Positions 1 through 9,217 of a stretch of 64,000 nt of DNA are shown here, piece after piece. How positions within the stretch are numbered: position 1 is the stretch's first letter; the number at the start of each line of letters is the position of its first letter. The notes beneath the pieces are model-generated. The model was not told the DNA's origin and did not search any database. It saw nothing but the letters and a program-made list of their open reading frames with translations. The DNA is from an uncultured bacterium. Lineage in GTDB: Bacteria; SAR324; NAC60-12. The position numbers were made by a program, and so were the translations under genes. The stretch lies in the NCBI GenBank assembly GCA_965662235.1, contig CBFIGY010000011.1, forward strand, positions 21,328 through 85,327, read 5' to 3'.

Positions 1-644
1 GCCAACGGAATGGTTCCGAGGACAAAGGCGGGAAGGATGAGGTGGTGGAGCGCTGAAGCCAGGGCCCCATCTTCTCCCGACAGAATGGCGTCAATGATCA
101 TGAAGCCGGTGACCGGCTCAAAGAAGTACATCAGGGACAGGCGCCCTGAGACCGGAGTCCAGCCCAGGATTCCGGAAAAGAAGATGATCAGCAGCAGCCC
201 CCACCAGAAGATGGGCATGGAGTAACCCGTCAGGGAGACGCCCATGATGCTGTGGTCAAACACGGAACCCCGCCGCACCGCCGCAATGACTCCGGCCGGC
301 AACCCGATCAGAGTGGCGAGCAGGATGGCGACCAGCGAAAGCTCAACCGTCGCTGGAAACAGCGTCAGGAACTCGTCTAAAACCGGTTGCTTGGTGACAA
401 TCGAGGTCCCCAGGTCGCCTTGCAGCACATTCCCCATGAACTGGAGGTACTGCTCCCAGATGGGCAGGTCGAAGCCATACTGCTTCATGAGCGCGGCGTG
501 CCGTTCAGCACTCATGCCCCGCTCACCAGCAAGCAGCTCCACCGGATCTCCCGGAAGGAGCCGGATGAAGGTAAAGGCCACCAGTGAGACCCCGAGGAAG
601 GTCGGGACCAGCAGAGACAGTTTAGAAAGGATGAAGCGAAGCAT
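1..644 (-). CDS. peptide/nickel ABC transporter permease (DppB/OppB family). Only the N-terminal part is in the window; the gene runs off the left edge.
   Basis: Manual minus-strand translation from the ATG at 644..642 gives MLRFILSKLSLLVPTFLGVSLVAFTFIRLLPGDPVELLAGERG..., the typical DppB/OppB N-terminus, with TM segments continuing to position 1. It lies directly downstream of the family-5 binding protein on the same strand. It is absent from the ORF track because there is no stop inside the window. Confidence 0.8.
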   Translation of the reverse strand, partial: MLRFILSKLSLLVPTFLGVSLVAFTFIRLLPGDPVELLAGERGMSAERHAALMKQYGFDLPIWEQYLQFMGNVLQGDLGTSIVTKQPVLDEFLTLFPATVELSLVAILLATLIGLPAGVIAAVRRGSVFDHSIMGVSLTGYSMPIFWWGLLLIIFFSGILGWTPVSGRLSLMYFFEPVTGFMIIDAILSGEDGALASALHHLILPAFVLGTIPL

Positions 645-708
645 GAGGAACGCAGGAGGGTGAGGCCCGAAGGCCCAAAGGCTCCGGAGGTCCGGAGCCC
701 GTTTGGGA

Positions 709-2298
709 TTACTTCAGGTCAACGCCGTAGAAGACGTGTCCGCCGAAGGGGTCGATGCGGAAGTCAACCACTTCCTTGCGGATGGGCTTGAAGACGACGC
801 TGTGAGCGATGGTCGCCCACGGAGCCTGGTCCTTCATGACCACCTGAGCCGCCTCGTAGTACTGGGTGCGCAGGTCCCGGTCGCTGACGACCTTGGCCTT
901 TTGGATCAGGTCCTCAAAGGGCTGGTAGCACCACTGAGCCCGGTTGGAGCCGCCGACTCCGTCGCAGCCCAGCAGGACGGCGAGGAAGTTGTCGGGGTCA
1001 CCGTTGTCTCCGGTCCAACCCAGCAGAACGGCGCCATCGCGGTCTTCGGCTTTGGAGCGGTTGAGGTACTCCCCCCACTCGTAGCTGACGATTTCAGCAT
1101 CCACTCCCACAGCCTTCCAGTCCGCCTGAATCAGCTCGGCCATCCGGCGGGCATTCGGGTTGTACGGACGCTGAACCGGCATGGCCCAGATCTTGGTCTG
1201 CAGTCCCGAAATTCCGGCATCAGCCAGCATCTGACGGGCACCAGCAGGGTCATAGGCGTCATCAACGGTGCGCTCGTTGTAAGACCAGATGGTCGGCGGA
1301 ATCGGGTTCTTGGCCACTTTTCCGGCGCCTTGGAAGACGGCGTCAATGATGGCCTGCTTGTTGATGGCCATGTTGAGTGCCTTCCGGACCACCGGATTGT
1401 TGAACGGAGCCATCTTCGTGTTGTAGGCCAGGTAGCCCACGTTCAGGCCTTCCTGCTGCATCAGGTTCACGGCGGAGTCCTTGCTCATGGCATCAAGGTC
1501 GGCCGGATTCGGATACGTCATCACGTGGCACTCGCCCGCTTTCAGCTTCTGGTACCGAACCGAAGCATCTGGCGTGATGGCAAAGACGAGGTTGTCAATC
1601 GGTGCCTTGCCAGCCCAGTAATCAGGGTGGGCCTTGTAGCGGATCACCGCGTCTTTTTGGTAGGCGACCAGCTGGAAGGGGCCGGTGCCCACGGGCTTCT
1701 GGTCAAACATGTCCTTGTTGCCGGACATCTGATCCGCGTACTCGGCGGAGTGGATGGAAGCAAAGTCCATGGCCAGGTTGGCGATCATGGGCGCTTCCGG
1801 ACGGTTGAGGGTGAATTTGACGGTGTAGTCATCCACCTTGATGATGTCCTTGATCAGGTCGGGCATCGACATGCCTGCGAAGTACTCGTAGGAGCCCCCG
1901 GAGACGTTGTGGTAGGGGTGGTCGGCGAGGCGCTGTCGGTTGAAGCTGAAGAGCACATCGTCTGCGTTGAAGTCCCGGGTGGGGGTGAATTCCTTGGTCG
2001 TGTGGAACTTCACTCCGCGACGGAGCTTGAAGGTGTACTCCAGACCATCTGCAGAGACGTCCCAGGACTCAGCAAGGGCTGGGACAATTTTGGTGCTGCC
2101 CCGCTCAAACTCGACCAGCCGGTTGAAGACCTGGCGTGAGGAGGCGTCAAAGGTCGTTCCTGCAGTGTACAGGGAGGGGGTGAAGCCTTCGGGGCTTCCT
2201 TCCGAGCAGAAAACCAGGGTCTTGGCAGCATACGCCGGAGCCGCGAGCGTGGTCGCAGCGACCGTTGCGGCCAAGAAGGTTTTGATCAGACTTTTCAT
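709..2298 (-). CDS. ABC transporter substrate-binding protein, family 5 (DppA/OppA-like peptide-binding protein)
   Basis: 551-aa ORF with family-5 solute-binding signatures. I prefer the start at MKSLIKTFLAATVAATTLAAPAYAA (signal peptide, GGAGAG Shine-Dalgarno upstream) over the ORF-track start at 2364. Confidence 0.9.
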   Translation of the reverse strand: MKSLIKTFLAATVAATTLAAPAYAAKTLVFCSEGSPEGFTPSLYTAGTTFDASSRQVFNRLVEFERGSTKIVPALAESWDVSADGLEYTFKLRRGVKFHTTKEFTPTRDFNADDVLFSFNRQRLADHPYHNVSGGSYEYFAGMSMPDLIKDIIKVDDYTVKFTLNRPEAPMIANLAMDFASIHSAEYADQMSGNKDMFDQKPVGTGPFQLVAYQKDAVIRYKAHPDYWAGKAPIDNLVFAITPDASVRYQKLKAGECHVMTYPNPADLDAMSKDSAVNLMQQEGLNVGYLAYNTKMAPFNNPVVRKALNMAINKQAIIDAVFQGAGKVAKNPIPPTIWSYNERTVDDAYDPAGARQMLADAGISGLQTKIWAMPVQRPYNPNARRMAELIQADWKAVGVDAEIVSYEWGEYLNRSKAEDRDGAVLLGWTGDNGDPDNFLAVLLGCDGVGGSNRAQWCYQPFEDLIQKAKVVSDRDLRTQYYEAAQVVMKDQAPWATIAHSVVFKPIRKEVVDFRIDPFGGHVFYGVDLK

Positions 2299-2403
2299 AG
2301 AATCTCTCCATGGGGTTAATGAAAAAGAACGTTCTATCCCAATGCGAAAATTGGGACATGTCAATTTAATAATCTGAAGTCCGGGGCCTGTGGACCGTAG
2401 GAT

Positions 2404-3645
2404 TCAGAAGGTCTGTTGGTACGTCATGTTGCCCCCATCCCAAAAATCGCGGGGCAGACTATCCAGGTTCCAAGTGGTCGTGATCATCCAGCTGCCGAGT
2501 TCATCGGTGGCCAGCAGTTCCCAGCTGACGCGGAGCTTGCTCTGCAGCGAGGGCTCCTCATCCGGCGGCACCAAAGGATCCTGAAACGTGACCTCTTTGT
2601 TGACGGAACCAAAGTAGAGCGCGTACTCCCAGGCGGTTTCGGGCCCTAGGTCCCGGAGGGTTCCGAAGGTCTGCCACGAGGTCAGCAGAAAGTCCTCGCT
2701 GGCCGCCGGGTCACCGGCCTGAGTGAACTGGTTCCGGAACACGTCTCCGCGGAGCCCCAAAACCCACTTCCGGCCTGGACTCCACGGGCCATCGACCTGA
2801 AGCGTGTGCGACTGCCAACGGACGTCTGCGGAGCGGCGGTCTTCCTCTGGAGCGGAAGAAGGTGCCTCTCGGGACTTCTGGAAGCTCAGCTGCCGACCCT
2901 GCCAGCCCCAGAAACGACCTCCAGCGTCACGGTACTCAATCAGTGCTTGCTGTTCCTGTCCTTCATGTTGGAAAACCAGACTCCGGTCTGGATCCTCCAG
3001 CCGCATCGGCAGGTCCCAGCGGGCGTGAAAAGCGACCTCCCACGAGCCCTGACGCCAAGCGCCCTGAAGGGCGTTTTCAATCGGGTGAGGGGTCTGTCGG
3101 GTTTCGTCGTAAAAGTTCTTCTCGTTGTAGAACAGGTTCTGCCGGAGGTGGCTGACCCGCAGGTACGACTCCGTGGGCTCCCCCAGGGTCAGTGCCGCGC
3201 CCTGATCGGCGTTGCGCTTGTCGTACTGCGGCATGCCGATGAAGCCGATTCCCAGCCCGTCAACGGCTTCCCACTGCACCTCAACGAGGTAGCGGAGGGG
3301 CTTCACCTCATAGAACTCCTCATGGTCCACCGCAAACGACACCTCGAAGCCTCGGGCCAGCGGATGCCGGAGCTTGACCTGCAGCTGCGAGTAGAGCAGG
3401 TCCAACCCTAGGCTGCCTCCGGTGCTCCGCCACCCCTTCGGTGCCTGCCGCCACGCGCGCTCCTGCTCTGGGCGGAACCGGTAGGACTGGATGTCCAGAA
3501 AGTTCTCCGGGTTCAGGTAGGCGGGTTCAACCTGAAAGGCGCCATCAAAGGCCTGCACGCTTCCGGACGTCAGCAGCAGGCTCAGGCCCAGTGCTCCCTG
3601 CTGCCACCAACGCGGCCACGGTTTCCTGAGCGAGGAGAAGGGCAT
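2404..3645 (-). CDS. putative outer-membrane beta-barrel protein (porin-like, unknown substrate)
   Basis: Signal peptide at MPFSSLRKPWPRWWQQGALGLSLLLTSGSVQA. The composition is rich in aromatic residues and alternating hydrophobic positions, and the protein ends ...MTYQQTF with a terminal Phe, as OMP beta-barrels typically do. I chose the start at 3645 rather than 3762. Confidence 0.55.
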   Translation of the reverse strand: MPFSSLRKPWPRWWQQGALGLSLLLTSGSVQAFDGAFQVEPAYLNPENFLDIQSYRFRPEQERAWRQAPKGWRSTGGSLGLDLLYSQLQVKLRHPLARGFEVSFAVDHEEFYEVKPLRYLVEVQWEAVDGLGIGFIGMPQYDKRNADQGAALTLGEPTESYLRVSHLRQNLFYNEKNFYDETRQTPHPIENALQGAWRQGSWEVAFHARWDLPMRLEDPDRSLVFQHEGQEQQALIEYRDAGGRFWGWQGRQLSFQKSREAPSSAPEEDRRSADVRWQSHTLQVDGPWSPGRKWVLGLRGDVFRNQFTQAGDPAASEDFLLTSWQTFGTLRDLGPETAWEYALYFGSVNKEVTFQDPLVPPDEEPSLQSKLRVSWELLATDELGSWMITTTWNLDSLPRDFWDGGNMTYQQTF

Positions 3646-3667
3646 GGGCAACACCGTATGAGCGGTT

Positions 3668-4795
3668 TTAGGAAGAAGGGGCGTCGTAGCGGCTGAGGAA
3701 TTCCGCCAGCTCCACGGCTTTCCCAGTGGAAGCCGATTCCTGAGCCGCCATTCCCATAGCAACCGCCATCAGGCCGTCTTGCAGCGAGACCTCGACCGAG
3801 CCCTGTCCCCGGACCACCGCGAGGAATTTTTCGTGCTGGTAGAACGTGGAGCCGTTGTGGTCCCCGGCCTCTAGGATCCGGGGATCCACCGGAACCTCAA
3901 ACTGCCGGGGCCCTTTGGGCGAGCGGGGGCTGACCACCACCTGCGGCACCGGAGGCGCGCCCAAGGCTTCAGGCCAGAAGCGCTGGGGGCCCGGAACCAG
4001 GCACTCCAGCTTCCCCTCTGGTCCCAGTGCGGAAATCTCCTCTTGGTACTTGGCACCTTCGGCAAACATGCAAAGCTCCAGCAGCGCCCGGGCGCCTTGG
4101 GCAAACTCGACGATGACGTAGGCGTGGTCCCAGATGTCGGGAGTCTCGCCGCCGTACTGCTCTTCCAGGTGGTTGTTCGCCTGACCCCCTGCGGCCATCA
4201 CCCGGACCGGCTCATCCTGAAGGGCGAAGCGCATCAGGTCAAAGAAGTGACAGCACTTCTCCACCAGCGTGCCTCCGGAGTAGCGGTTGAAGCGGTTCCA
4301 GTCACCAACCTTCTCCAGAAACGGGAAGCGGTGTTCCTGAATGGTGAGCATGCGGATGCCTCCGGTGACGCCCTGCGCTTCGTTCAGCAGGTACGCAACG
4401 GGCGGCATGTACCGGTATTCCATGGCCACCCAGATGGGGTGCGGAAAGGTGGCCTGCAGCTTCCGGATGCGGGGGAAGTCCTGCGGATCCGTCAGCAGGG
4501 GCTTTTCAACCAGAATCGGCAACGGGCGCTGCTCGGCGATCTGCTGAAGCTGCTCAACGTGCCGGAAGTTGGGACTGACAATGACGAGGCAATCTAGGTC
4601 CGGAAACGCCAGCAGCTCCTCGGCACTGGAAAAAAAGCGGGCCTCTGGAGCCAGCGGAACCGCTGCGGCGCGCATGCCGGGGTCGGGTTCAAAGATCGCC
4701 GTGACCTGAGTGTCCGGGAGAAGGTTGATGTTTCTGAGGTGCTCTTGGCCCATCATGCCGCAGCCGATCAAGCCATAACGAGTGAGGGAGGTCAT
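3668..4795 (-). CDS. Gfo/Idh/MocA family NAD(P)-dependent oxidoreductase
   Basis: N-terminal Rossmann motif YGLIGCGMMGQEH and family-typical EKP motif (ILVEKPLL). Its start is 3 nt from the stop of the GntR gene. Confidence 0.85.
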   Translation of the reverse strand: MTSLTRYGLIGCGMMGQEHLRNINLLPDTQVTAIFEPDPGMRAAAVPLAPEARFFSSAEELLAFPDLDCLVIVSPNFRHVEQLQQIAEQRPLPILVEKPLLTDPQDFPRIRKLQATFPHPIWVAMEYRYMPPVAYLLNEAQGVTGGIRMLTIQEHRFPFLEKVGDWNRFNRYSGGTLVEKCCHFFDLMRFALQDEPVRVMAAGGQANNHLEEQYGGETPDIWDHAYVIVEFAQGARALLELCMFAEGAKYQEEISALGPEGKLECLVPGPQRFWPEALGAPPVPQVVVSPRSPKGPRQFEVPVDPRILEAGDHNGSTFYQHEKFLAVVRGQGSVEVSLQDGLMAVAMGMAAQESASTGKAVELAEFLSRYDAPSS

Positions 4796-4798
4796 GAA

Positions 4799-5524
4799 TC
4801 ATCTCCAGCGGGCAACAAACCGTGCCCTGTCGGCATTGAACCAGGTTCGGGAAAACTCGGCGGTTTCCCCATGCTGGTCCCACGATAAACGTTCAATGTA
4901 GCCCCAGGTGTGGGCATTGGCGCTGGTAAACTCGGCCGGCGTCCACTCCGGGAGCCGGTTCACGCCTACCTTGTCCTCCGCTCGGGTGATCCACACCCCT
5001 AGGGAATCCTTGTAAAACTGGTACAGCGAGTCCGGAAGGTCTTCGGTGCGCAGCTGCTCGGTGTAGCGTCCGTCCAGCCAGATCTCTTCCAGGGCCACCT
5101 CCTGCTGATTCAGGTCCCGGAACCGGAGGATGCGGAAGGCTTCGGGGCTGGAGCCAAATTGGGGAAACCCTGCTGGTTTTCGGACTCGCTCCACGCTGTG
5201 GGTCCGGGCGGTGGGCAGGCCGCCTCCGGTGATCAGCTCAAGGTGGAAGAAGGCGTAGATCGACTTGGGATCGGGCTTGTGCCGGATGTAGTTTCCTGAC
5301 CCCTGCACGCGTTCCAGCATCTCCTTTTCCACCAAATCGGCCAAGGCCTTGCGCAGGGTGCCGATGGACACGCCCAGGTGCTTCGCCATCTCCCGTTCCG
5401 GAGGCAGGCGCTCGCCATCGAGCAGAATGCCGGCCTGAATCTCTCGGGTCAGCATCTCGGAAACCTGAAGGTGCAGCGGGAGGGCTCCGGGCGCTCCCAG
5501 GATTTTTTTTGCAGAGGCTTTCAT
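4799..5524 (-). CDS. GntR family transcriptional regulator (HutC/UTRA subtype)
   Basis: N-terminal winged HTH (ERLPPEREMAKHLGVSIGTLRKALADLVEKEMLERVQGSGNYI) followed by a UTRA-like effector domain. It is transcribed divergently from the monooxygenase operon. Confidence 0.85.
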   Translation of the reverse strand: MKASAKKILGAPGALPLHLQVSEMLTREIQAGILLDGERLPPEREMAKHLGVSIGTLRKALADLVEKEMLERVQGSGNYIRHKPDPKSIYAFFHLELITGGGLPTARTHSVERVRKPAGFPQFGSSPEAFRILRFRDLNQQEVALEEIWLDGRYTEQLRTEDLPDSLYQFYKDSLGVWITRAEDKVGVNRLPEWTPAEFTSANAHTWGYIERLSWDQHGETAEFSRTWFNADRARFVARWR

Positions 5525-5527
5525 TTT

Positions 5528-5560
5528 TTGCTAGCAAATTGATATACGATTGTTAAATTG
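5528..5560. promoter_or_regulatory. operator-like palindromes in the GntR/monooxygenase divergent intergenic region
   Basis: Perfect 10-bp palindrome TTGCTAGCAA (5528..5537), immediately followed by an imperfect 17-bp palindrome CAATTGATATACGATTG. The surrounding intergenic DNA is AT-rich. Confidence 0.35.
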
Positions 5561-5603
5561 ATGCATCTTTCTGAGATTAAATCAAGCTAATCTTGAGGTA
5601 AGC

Positions 5604-6761
5604 ATGACCGTTGTTCCTGTCCATTCCGCCGATTTAGACGCTGCTGAGGTTTCGTGGTTTGCGCCCCTGTGTTCGGATGATTACCGCTACCTTGGGGTGC
5701 CCGAGGGTTCCCTGCGGTCCAGCTGGGAGAACACGTCCCGAATTGTCCGAACGGCGGAGGAGTTGGGCTTCCGCAACATCCTCTGTCCGTCGTCGTACCA
5801 CGTGGGGCAGGACACGCTTTCGTTTGTGGCAGCCAATGGCCCTTTGACGGAGCGCATCAACATGCTGGCGGCAGTGCGGTGCGGTGAGCTGCACCCCATC
5901 ATGCTGGCCCGGACGGTGGCGACGCTGGATCACCTGCTGGAGGGGCGCCTGACGATCAACATCATTTCCTCTGATTTTCCGGGACAAAAAGAGCCCAGTG
6001 CCTACCGCTATCAGCGGTCTCGGGAGGTGGTTGAGATCCTCCGGCAGGCGTGGACGCAAGACGAGATCAACTACCGTGGCGAGGTGTACCAATTCGAAGG
6101 CCTCACCACCGATCCGGTGCGTCCGTATCAGCAAAACGGAGGACCGCTGCTGTACTTCGGAGGCTACTCTCCGGACGCCGTGCACCTCTGTGGGCAGCAC
6201 TGTGACGTGTACCTGATGTGGCCGGAGACCCGCGAGTTGCTGGCGGAGCGCATGAAGGCGGTCCATGAGCAGGCCCAGAAGTACGACCGTGTTCTTGACT
6301 ACGGCCTCCGGGTGCACATGATTGTCCGGGACACGGAAGCTGAGGCCCGGGAGTATGCGCAGGAGTTGGTGTCGAAGCTGGATGATGACTACGGCAAGAC
6401 CATCCGGGAACGCTCCTTGGATGCTGGGTCGCTGGGAGTCGCCCACCAGTCCAAGAACCGTGAAGGCGCTGATGCCTACGGATACATTGAGCCCCACCTG
6501 TGGACTGGGATCGGACGTGCTCGTTCCGGATGCGGCGCAGCGTTGGTTGGTTCCACGGATCAGGTGATGAGTGAGCTGGAGGCGTATCAGAAGATGGGCA
6601 TCCGGGCTTTCATTTTTTCCGGCTACCCGCACCTTGACGAATGCCAATCCTTTGGTAAACGTGTTTTGCCAAACCTGAAAACCTGTTCGTTGCCAGAAGT
6701 GTATGGGCGACGTCCGGCACAGACCCCTGAGACCCCCCTTGGAGTTGGAGAACGACGCTAA
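5604..6761 (+). CDS. LLM-class flavin-dependent monooxygenase (luciferase-like; SsuD/alkanesulfonate-monooxygenase-like)
   Basis: 385 aa with luciferase-like TIM-barrel signatures. It is followed by a flavin reductase, and its stop overlaps the next start (TAATG). Confidence 0.8.
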   Translation: MTVVPVHSADLDAAEVSWFAPLCSDDYRYLGVPEGSLRSSWENTSRIVRTAEELGFRNILCPSSYHVGQDTLSFVAANGPLTERINMLAAVRCGELHPIMLARTVATLDHLLEGRLTINIISSDFPGQKEPSAYRYQRSREVVEILRQAWTQDEINYRGEVYQFEGLTTDPVRPYQQNGGPLLYFGGYSPDAVHLCGQHCDVYLMWPETRELLAERMKAVHEQAQKYDRVLDYGLRVHMIVRDTEAEAREYAQELVSKLDDDYGKTIRERSLDAGSLGVAHQSKNREGADAYGYIEPHLWTGIGRARSGCGAALVGSTDQVMSELEAYQKMGIRAFIFSGYPHLDECQSFGKRVLPNLKTCSLPEVYGRRPAQTPETPLGVGERR

Positions 6762-7654
6762 TGGAACGCATTTCCCTGACGGAGCAACTGAGCTTCAGCC
6801 GCCTGATCTATGGCATGTGGCGGCTCGGTGACGACGCGGACACCACCCCCGCCCGCACCCAAGCCAAGCTGGAGACCTGCCTGGAGTTGGGCATCACCAC
6901 CCTAGACCAGGCGGACATTTACGGAGACTACACCTCCGAGTCTCTCTTGGGACAGGCTCTCAAGCAGGCGCCCCACCTGCGGGAACGCTTTGAGATTGTC
7001 AGCAAGTGCGACATCATGCTGATTTCGGATCACTTTCCGCAGCGTCGGGTGAAGTACTACGACACCAGCCGTGCGCACCTAGAGGCTTCAGTGGAGAATT
7101 CGCTGAAGGCCATGAACGTGGAGTACCTGGATGTGCTGCTGCTCCACCGACCCGATCCGCTCATGGATGCAGAGGAGACCGGAGCTGCACTGGATGCGCT
7201 GGTGCAGAGTGGGAAGGTCCGGGCCGTTGGGGTGTCGAACTTCAAGAAGCACGACTGGGACCTGCTGCAGGCCGCAATGTCGCAGCCGCTGGTGACCAAT
7301 CAGATTGAGGCGTCTCTGCAGGAGCTGTCCCCCTTCACCAACGGAGACCTGGCCTTTTTGCAGCAAGCAGGTGTTCCTCCGATGATCTGGTCGCCGCTTG
7401 GGGGCGGAGCCCTGCTGCAGGCGGGTGGCTCTCCCCTGGCCACAGCCCTCCAGCAGATGGCCGACAAGCATCACCTCTCCCCAGCGGCGACTGCGATTGC
7501 TTGGCTGCTGAAGCATCCGGCGCAACTGATGCCCATCCTCGGCACCAACCAGCCGGAGCGGATTGCGGATCTGGCACAAGCGACTCAGGCTTCGCTTTCT
7601 CGGGAAGACTGGTTTGAACTCTACACGGCCGCTTTAGGAAACGAAGTCCCATGA
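6761..7654 (+). CDS. aldo/keto reductase (YdhF-like)
   Basis: AKR motifs (DQADIYGDYTSESLLG, VGVSNF). The stop overlaps the next start (ATGA). Confidence 0.85.
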   Translation: MERISLTEQLSFSRLIYGMWRLGDDADTTPARTQAKLETCLELGITTLDQADIYGDYTSESLLGQALKQAPHLRERFEIVSKCDIMLISDHFPQRRVKYYDTSRAHLEASVENSLKAMNVEYLDVLLLHRPDPLMDAEETGAALDALVQSGKVRAVGVSNFKKHDWDLLQAAMSQPLVTNQIEASLQELSPFTNGDLAFLQQAGVPPMIWSPLGGGALLQAGGSPLATALQQMADKHHLSPAATAIAWLLKHPAQLMPILGTNQPERIADLAQATQASLSREDWFELYTAALGNEVP

Positions 7655-8163
7655 CGTCACCTCACGAAGCCTTTGTTCCTGCAGAAGCGGATTCGAAGTC
7701 CTACCGGAACCTGCTGGGACTCTTTGGCACCGGAGTCACCATCATCACAACCCAGACTCCTCAGGGACCGGTGGCCATGACCGCCAACAGCTTCACCTCG
7801 GTGTCGCTGGACCCGCCTCTGATCCTCTGGTCGCTTGCGCACTCGTCGAGCCGGTTTGATGCCTTCGCCGCGGCACCGCACTTTGCCATTCACTTCCTGC
7901 TGGAGGACCAGTTGGAACTGGCGGCTCGTTTTGCCAAGGACGGGTGGGACTTCACCGGGGTGCCCTGGAGCAAAGGTCACGGAGAGAGCCCGTGCCTAGA
8001 GGTTTGCCTAGCACGCCTGGAGTGCTCGCTGGAAACGACGCATGAGGCAGGTGACCACCGCATGATGCTCGGCCGGGTGCAGCGCGTCCAGCAGCAGTCA
8101 GAAGCAGACCCGCTGCTGTTTTACTCCGGAGGCTACGGAACCTTTACTCGTTCGGCTTCGTGA
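7651..8163 (+). CDS. flavin reductase family protein (NAD(P)H:FMN oxidoreductase, HpaC/RutF-like)
   Basis: 170 aa with LFGTGVTIITT...MTANSFTSVSLDPPLILWSL, the hallmark of the flavin-reductase-like split-barrel fold. Confidence 0.85.
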   Translation: MTSPHEAFVPAEADSKSYRNLLGLFGTGVTIITTQTPQGPVAMTANSFTSVSLDPPLILWSLAHSSSRFDAFAAAPHFAIHFLLEDQLELAARFAKDGWDFTGVPWSKGHGESPCLEVCLARLECSLETTHEAGDHRMMLGRVQRVQQQSEADPLLFYSGGYGTFTRSAS

Positions 8164-9092
8164 CAAGTCCGGCCCCGGAAGCAAGCACCTCGCGAGCCCG
8201 CTTGCTCGCCTTGCTGGGCGATCTTCCCGAACGTCACGGCGTTCCGGAAGGCGAGCCGGTGCAGGTGCGTGAGCACGACACCTACAGGGAAGAGCACTGG
8301 GTCCTGGCCCTCAATGAGCAGGAACCCGTTCCGGCGGTGCTGCTGCGCCCTCAACGTACGGAACCAGGCCCGGCGGTGCTCTATCACCACGCGCACGGCA
8401 ACGACTACGTCCGGGGCAAAGATGAGCTGCTCGCAGGGCGTCCCGCTCTGCGTCGTCCGTATGGGCCTGAACTCGTGGAGCAGGGCTTTACCGTGCTCTG
8501 CATCGACGCTTGGTGCTTTGGGGAACGCCGTGGCCGGAGCGAGTCTGCGACCTTCAAGGAAATGCTCTGGAAGGGACAGGTTCTTTGGGGGCAGATGGTC
8601 TTTGACACGCTCCGGGCCTTCGACTTCCTGGCTGGGCATCCGCAGGTGCAGGCCGATCGCATTGTCAGCATGGGACTTTCCATGGGAGGCACCATGGCCC
8701 TCTGGGCCGCTGCCTTGGAGCCGCGGATTCAGGCTTGTGTGGATCTCTGCAGCCTGACGGATTTTCAGGCCCTGATTGATCAACAGGGGCTAGACGGACA
8801 CGGGCTTTACTACTACGTCCCCGGGCTCCTCAAACACTTTTCCGCGTTGGAACTCAACCACTTGGTCTGTCCGCGTCCTCGCCTCAGCGTTGTTGGACGG
8901 CATGACCCCTTGACGCCGATTGCCGGAGTGCAGTTGATTGATTCTGTATTGACTGAATCATATCGGCAGAGTGGAGCCCAGGGCCACTGGACCCTGCGCG
9001 TGAACGAAACCGGTCATTTCGAAACGGAGGCCTCGCATCAGCAGGTGCGGGACTTCCTGAGTGCTCTCAATTCCCCCTCGCTCACCTCCTGA
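8160..9092 (+). CDS. alpha/beta-fold hydrolase (dienelactone-hydrolase/esterase-like)
   Basis: GxSxG nucleophile elbow (GLSMGG) and a C-terminal His region. It is the last gene of the coupled four-gene operon (GTGA overlap start). Confidence 0.7.
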   Translation: MTSPAPEASTSRARLLALLGDLPERHGVPEGEPVQVREHDTYREEHWVLALNEQEPVPAVLLRPQRTEPGPAVLYHHAHGNDYVRGKDELLAGRPALRRPYGPELVEQGFTVLCIDAWCFGERRGRSESATFKEMLWKGQVLWGQMVFDTLRAFDFLAGHPQVQADRIVSMGLSMGGTMALWAAALEPRIQACVDLCSLTDFQALIDQQGLDGHGLYYYVPGLLKHFSALELNHLVCPRPRLSVVGRHDPLTPIAGVQLIDSVLTESYRQSGAQGHWTLRVNETGHFETEASHQQVRDFLSALNSPSLTS

Positions 9093-9125
9093 TCCAGAAA
9101 CTGCCTATGACTTGACCTTGCAGCA

Positions 9126-9151
9126 GGGACTCGTTTTGATCCCAAAGTCCC
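9126..9151 (+). terminator. stem-loop downstream of the hydrolase gene, possibly an operon terminator without a U-tract
   Basis: GGGACT-N14-AGTCCC inverted repeat 34 nt after the stop at 9092. There is no clear T-run, so this is uncertain. Confidence 0.3.
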
Positions 9152-9217
9152 TCTCATTGAGAGTTCATTGACGACTGCCCTTGAGGCAGGACTAGAATCA
9201 CCTTACTTGGAGAAACC

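Noticed and set aside
703-2139. 478-aa plus-strand ORF
   Set aside because: It is antisense to the clearly homologous DppA-like binding-protein gene. Its Gly/Val/Leu/Asp-rich composition is typical of spurious ORFs in high-GC DNA.
5634-6647. 337-aa minus-strand ORF
   Set aside because: It is antisense to the LLM monooxygenase gene, which has clear family similarity and operon context.
9168-9199. Sigma-70-like promoter (TTGACG ... TAGAAT) upstream of the sugar-binding-protein gene
   Set aside because: The spacer is 20 nt, outside the usual 16-18 nt range, so it is not listed as a feature.
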